From NCBI GenBank assembly GCA_017450695.1, contig JAFSTA010000084.1:34474-98473 (forward strand): a stretch of DNA of 64,000 bases, in the 5' to 3' direction. The position numbers were made by a program, and so were the translations under genes. Source of the stretch: Kiritimatiellia bacterium (GTDB taxonomy: Bacteria > Verrucomicrobiota > Kiritimatiellia > RFP12 > UBA1067). The notes under the pieces were generated by a model that searched no databases, was not told the DNA's origin, and saw only the letters and a list, made by a program, of their open reading frames with translations. Positions 59,713 through 64,000 of the stretch are shown one piece after another; the stretch's first letter is position 1; every line of letters begins with the position of its first letter.

Positions 59713-61287
59713 TTAGCCGCCCGGCACAATACGATACAGTACGCCTTCCGGACGGAAACGGTAGCGTCCGGAAAGAAGCACCTCTTCACAGGGCGTATAA
59801 CCGGAAACGGGTGAAACGATGTATGCCTTGCGCCCATTGGGAATCTCTTCCAAAAGCGACTTCATCTCATCCGGGGAAATACGATCTTGGAATGAAATGA
59901 TCCGTCCGCAAAGCGAACGCCCACCCGCCTCAGCAGCCTGTAAAGGTGCCGCAGCCGTGTTGTCCGCCACGATGATATCGTTCGATCCCAACCGCATGTC
60001 GGCAACCGATTGAACGAACCGACGCACGGAGTTTTCCGTGTGCTTCCACGGGAGAATCCAGTAGGAGACCTCCTGACGGAACGGTAGCTGGCGCAAACGG
60101 TTCATCCCGAAATCGTGAAGTGTCAACGCCTTCGTCAGAACCAGCGGAACGAGGATGGCGAACGAGAAGGAAAGTAACGCATACTGGATGCCCCGCGTTC
60201 GGGAAAGCTCCAAACGATCCACGCCAAGTCCCACCCAGACACTCAACAACCCAGCCGTCGGGAGAATGAAGGTGGCCTGATCGGGAACGAAGTAACGAAT
60301 CCAAAAGAGCAGATGCAGAACGGTCAGGCACCCCAGAACAATCCGAAAGGTATGCCCCTCTACCCTGTCCTTTTCATTCGCGCCCTTTTTCCGTGTCAAC
60401 GGTGCGATAGCGAACAGCCACGCCGGATTCAGAAAGCCGATTCCCGCCAACGCAAAGTTGGAGAGAACCAATCCCCAGCGGATCGGTCCCGTCCCCATGA
60501 CGACAAACTCGAATTCACGCCCGAACAGCAGACTCTTGACCGTCTCCCAAAACATTCCCGTCGTACGCCACTCTTCTCCGAAGAGAAAGAGCAACGGGGC
60601 GGCCCCGATACACCAGCCGACCGCCATCGGCAACATCCCCTTCCACAACCCGATACGGGTGCGGAGAAGAAACCAGATGGCGAAGGGCGCAAGTACCGCC
60701 AAATCCAAAAAGGCGAAATCGTGAATCGAGGCATGCATCCCGTTCACGAGGAAAAGAATCGACAGCCACCGGAACGGTCTGGACGTCTCCAGCAACCGGA
60801 CAACGCAGTACAGTTCAACCGCAAGGCTGGCGAGGGACCAGGTATAAACCTCGGCCATGCAAGACATCCACCAGACCATCTGCGAAAATCCGAGGAGTGT
60901 GACCGAAATCCACGCGCCCGCGTATCGTCCCGTCACGCGACGAATACACGAAAAGATAAACGAAAGCGCAAGAGCCATTCCCAGACCGCTGGTGAAATTG
61001 ATTGCATAGACCCGCCCGGAAAAGACGGTTTCCGGATTCGCGCCGAAGAGGTTTAGCAGCCAGGCAGTTCCAACCGACAGTCCCTGAGCAATCGCGATAT
61101 ACAGTGGATGGGCGCGCGCGATACCCGATGACCAGCGGTAATCACCTGACAACACGCGGAACTGGAATTCGCCGCTATCCTGCCAGCTCAACCCTCGTTG
61201 CGCGGTAAGAGAGTAAACCAAGAGAAAAAACGCAAACACGCCCCAAGCACAAGCGAAACAGATGCGCTGATTGTTTTTCTCTGTCAT
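59713..61287 (-). CDS. DUF2723/TMEM260-like polytopic membrane protein (GT-C-fold glycosyltransferase-like)
   Basis: N-terminal LSWQDSGEFQ motif characteristic of the DUF2723 family. ~11 TM helices in the first 400 aa, soluble C-terminal domain. Confidence 0.5.
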   Translation of the reverse strand: MTEKNNQRICFACAWGVFAFFLLVYSLTAQRGLSWQDSGEFQFRVLSGDYRWSSGIARAHPLYIAIAQGLSVGTAWLLNLFGANPETVFSGRVYAINFTSGLGMALALSFIFSCIRRVTGRYAGAWISVTLLGFSQMVWWMSCMAEVYTWSLASLAVELYCVVRLLETSRPFRWLSILFLVNGMHASIHDFAFLDLAVLAPFAIWFLLRTRIGLWKGMLPMAVGWCIGAAPLLFLFGEEWRTTGMFWETVKSLLFGREFEFVVMGTGPIRWGLVLSNFALAGIGFLNPAWLFAIAPLTRKKGANEKDRVEGHTFRIVLGCLTVLHLLFWIRYFVPDQATFILPTAGLLSVWVGLGVDRLELSRTRGIQYALLSFSFAILVPLVLTKALTLHDFGMNRLRQLPFRQEVSYWILPWKHTENSVRRFVQSVADMRLGSNDIIVADNTAAAPLQAAEAGGRSLCGRIISFQDRISPDEMKSLLEEIPNGRKAYIVSPVSGYTPCEEVLLSGRYRFRPEGVLYRIVPGG

Positions 61288-61467
61288 TCCCTGAACCCTG
61301 TCTATCCGTTCTGAGTTCCCGGCTTGGGCTGTTACCGGTACCGTGCGTTCCGGGCTCCGCTACCGCCTCGACCAAGTTCCCCTCCATTACATTCCCGTGC
61401 ATGACGCGGGCGGCGGGTCAAAAAGAAGGGGGCGCGACCGAAACCGCGCCCCGAGAGCCTAGGAAAA

Positions 61468-62187
61468 TCAGACAGATCTCTTCGCATAGCGGAAGGATGC
61501 CTTGCCCCAGTTCAGCAACTTTTCCGTAACGGCCTGGGTGTAGGCGGCACGACGATTCTGGTAGTCCAGATAATAGGCGTGCTCCCAGACATCGACACAC
61601 AGCAACGGCGTCACGCCTTTCTCCGTCAAAGGGGTGTCCGCATTGGAGGTTGATTCAATCACCAGTTTATTGTCGCGCACCAGCAGCCAAGCCCAACCGC
61701 AACCGAACCGCTTGTTCGCCGACTCGGCCAAGAGCCGCGCGCAATTTTCCACGCTTCCAAACGTCTTCGACAACACCTCGCCCAACGCCTTCGACGGCTT
61801 GCCACCGCTTCCGGCCGGCGCCAGTGAATCCCAGTAGAACGTGTGGTTCCAGATCTGCGCGGCGTTGTTGAAGAAGGGGGCCGCATTGTCGGCCTTGGAA
61901 GCCACAATGATTTCCTCCAGCGTCATACCCGCGTATTTCGATCCCGGCAACATCGCATTCAACGCGGCGACATAACCGGTATGGTGCTTGCCATAGTGAA
62001 AACCGATCGTTTCCGCTGAAATGATCGGCGCGAGCGAATTCTCGGCAAAAGGAAGTTTCGGCAACAAGATGATACGGTTCGCCGGTTTCGGCGCCGTCTC
62101 CTGCTTCGTCGCATCAGCACCAACCACGCTCGCAGCTGCCGCCACGGTCGCCGTCTCGATAAAGTTCCGTCTTGAGATTGTATCCAT
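61468..62187 (-). CDS. Fe/Mn-family superoxide dismutase with twin-arginine signal peptide (periplasmic)
   Basis: Tat motif SRRNFIETATVAAAASVVGA. SOD motifs LPKLPFAENSLAPIISAETIGFHYGKHH and DVWEHAYYLDYQNRRAAY. Start set at MDTIS (62187); the upstream ATG at 62283 is less likely. Confidence 0.85.
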   Translation of the reverse strand: MDTISRRNFIETATVAAAASVVGADATKQETAPKPANRIILLPKLPFAENSLAPIISAETIGFHYGKHHTGYVAALNAMLPGSKYAGMTLEEIIVASKADNAAPFFNNAAQIWNHTFYWDSLAPAGSGGKPSKALGEVLSKTFGSVENCARLLAESANKRFGCGWAWLLVRDNKLVIESTSNADTPLTEKGVTPLLCVDVWEHAYYLDYQNRRAAYTQAVTEKLLNWGKASFRYAKRSV

Positions 62188-62696
62188 AACACCACTCTCC
62201 TTTTCTGGCAACTCGTCACAAGTCCGATTCCAATTGCCGTAACGCCAATTAGCATAGCGTTTTCCATCCCCGTCCTCAACCACAAAAATCAGTTTTCTCA
62301 GATTTGGGGCGCATCACCGTTTTTCACCCATGCTTGAGTGGAATTTGGACACAACCACAGACAACTTTGTTCTGTCGCCCCTTCAGGGCTTGGTGGATGA
62401 TTGTGCCGTTGCCGGGGTTGTGCTTCGCTTACCCCGTCTGTACAGTTCACGCCCTTTCAGGGCTTTCCTCCACCACCTCGAAGACCGATCGCGTAAGGAC
62501 AGTCGGCGCACGACAGCCGACAGCATTCCACCTAACCACCCAACTAAACCGCAGACCTACACGGACGCGCCTCGCTGACGCTTGCGCATTTCCAAACCAG
62601 GGCGGGCGTGAGCGATGCCTGTCTGTGAACGTCCGTGGTTCCTTTTCCTACCCCCCAACCCGCCAGCGGCTTCTCAGCTGGCGGCGACAGCCGCGC

Positions 62697-63791
62697 CTAC
62701 AAAATCAGCATGCAGTCGCCATAGCTGAAAAACCGGTAGCGTTCGCGAATCGCTTCCTGATAGGCGCGGAAGATCAAATCTTTTCCCGCCAGTGCGCTGA
62801 CCATCATGATCAGGGTGGATTGAGGCAGATGGAAATTCGTCAGCATCGCATCGATCGTCTGGAAACGGTAAGGGGGATAAATGAAAATCGAGCTAGAGCC
62901 GCTTTCCGCGACCACCTCTCCTCCATGCACGGCTGCAACCGTTTCAAGCGTCCGTACGCTTGTGCTGCCGATGGCGACCACTCGACCGTGCCGTTCCCGA
63001 CACGCGCGAATCGCCTCCGCTGTTTCACTCGGCACCTGATACCGCTCCGCATCCATTCGATGTTCTTCCACGGTATCCGTCTTGACCGGTTTGAAGGTGC
63101 CGGGACCGACATGCAACGTCACCGCTACGCGGCGCACGCCTTTGCTGTCAAGCCGCTGAAAAATTTCTTCGGTGAAATGGAGTCCTGCCGTCGGGGCTGC
63201 CACCGCACCGACTTCCCGTGCGTAAATCGTCTGGTAACGTTCGCGGTCAAGCCTTGCCTGTTCCGGGTCGTTCCCATCCCGATGGATATAAGGCGGGACC
63301 GGCGTCAAACCAATCTCGTCCAGCACTTCCATCAAAGGCCGATCCGAAGCGAAGACAATCGACCACACGCCGTCGTCCTGCCGTTGCGAAACCTCCGCAT
63401 ACAATTTTCCATTCCCGAAATCGGCGAGCAATCCTTCGCGCACACGCCGTCCCGATCCGCTGATGCACTTCCAACACACTTGTTCAGACGCGCGCCGAAT
63501 CAGCGGACTCGCGACCCGCTCCGGCATCGGCAACGGTTCCAGCAAGAGGAATTCGACAAAGCCCCCCGTGTCCTGCCATGCGCCCTGCAGACGCGCGGGA
63601 AACACCTTGGTGTCGTTCACGACCAGCAGATCGTCGGGTGTCAAATAATCCACGATATCCGCGATATGGCGGTGGCAGATACTCCCGTCGCGACGATCCA
63701 CGACCATCATCCGCTCGGTGCCCCGCACGACGGGCGGCTCCTGCGCAATCAACTCTTTGGGAAGATCGTAATCGAATTCGGATGTCTTCAT
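62697..63791 (-). CDS. queA: S-adenosylmethionine:tRNA ribosyltransferase-isomerase
   Basis: MKTSEFDYDLPKELIAQEP N-terminus, later VAAPTAGLHFTEE and AVTLHVGPGTFKPV (QueA signatures). 364 aa. Confidence 0.9.
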   Translation of the reverse strand: MKTSEFDYDLPKELIAQEPPVVRGTERMMVVDRRDGSICHRHIADIVDYLTPDDLLVVNDTKVFPARLQGAWQDTGGFVEFLLLEPLPMPERVASPLIRRASEQVCWKCISGSGRRVREGLLADFGNGKLYAEVSQRQDDGVWSIVFASDRPLMEVLDEIGLTPVPPYIHRDGNDPEQARLDRERYQTIYAREVGAVAAPTAGLHFTEEIFQRLDSKGVRRVAVTLHVGPGTFKPVKTDTVEEHRMDAERYQVPSETAEAIRACRERHGRVVAIGSTSVRTLETVAAVHGGEVVAESGSSSIFIYPPYRFQTIDAMLTNFHLPQSTLIMMVSALAGKDLIFRAYQEAIRERYRFFSYGDCMLIL

Positions 63792-63812
63792 CTGCGTCCC
63801 TGAAGTCCGTCA

Positions 63813-64000
63813 CCGCTTCAAAATCGTGTCACGCGCAATCCGCTTGGTCTCCGGATAATCGAGCGTGTAATGCAAGCCGCGGCTCTCTTTGCGCTGCCTC
63901 GCGCTGCACACGATGAGTTCCCCGACCAACGCAATATTCCGCAACTCCAACGTATCGGGCGTCACCAGATAGTCGAAATAGTACTCGCGGATTTCCTTGC
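63813..64000 (-). CDS. nadB: L-aspartate oxidase, C-terminal fragment (gene continues beyond window end)
   Basis: The reverse-complement translation ends ..[43 protein letters not shown] is the conserved C-terminal motif of NadB / fumarate-reductase flavoproteins. Confidence 0.6.

Noticed and set aside
62304-63803. 499 aa plus-strand ORF
   Set aside because: Antisense to queA (strong QueA signatures on the minus strand). Arg-rich junk translation.

Overview
High-GC (~60%) bacterial chromosomal segment. Gene content suggests the PVC superphylum (Verrucomicrobia / Lentisphaerae / Kiritimatiellae-like): Tat-secreted oxidoreductases, giant surface proteins with autotransporter-type beta-strand repeats, and many FGE-sulfatase-fold domains. 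Housekeeping genes (glnS, pgk, der, cstA, rpsU, queA, a Fe/Mn SOD, partial nadB, a ClC channel) alternate with accessory blocks. These blocks are: (i) a giant CotH-kinase/LTD/LamG surface protein flanked by direct copies of a ~150 bp intergenic repeat, followed by a GT4 glycosyltransferase, a secreted glycoside hydrolase and three tandem paralogous secreted FGE-fold proteins; (ii) a second ~6.8 kb giant surface-protein gene broken by an in-frame TGA and two frameshifts; (iii) a Type III restriction-modification locus (mod + res), both frameshifted, with a low-GC central segment in mod; (iv) a tetrapyrrole / stress cluster with a HemC(domains 1-2)-CobA-HemD triple fusion, rpsU, and a Usp / radical-SAM-SPASM (NirJ/Ahb-like) / ADP-ribosylglycohydrolase operon. 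The intergenic space is unusually rich in mosaic repeat families with short hairpins, including a 61 bp x 4.5 tandem array that looks like CRISPR at first glance but is not. No tRNA or rRNA genes were recognised.
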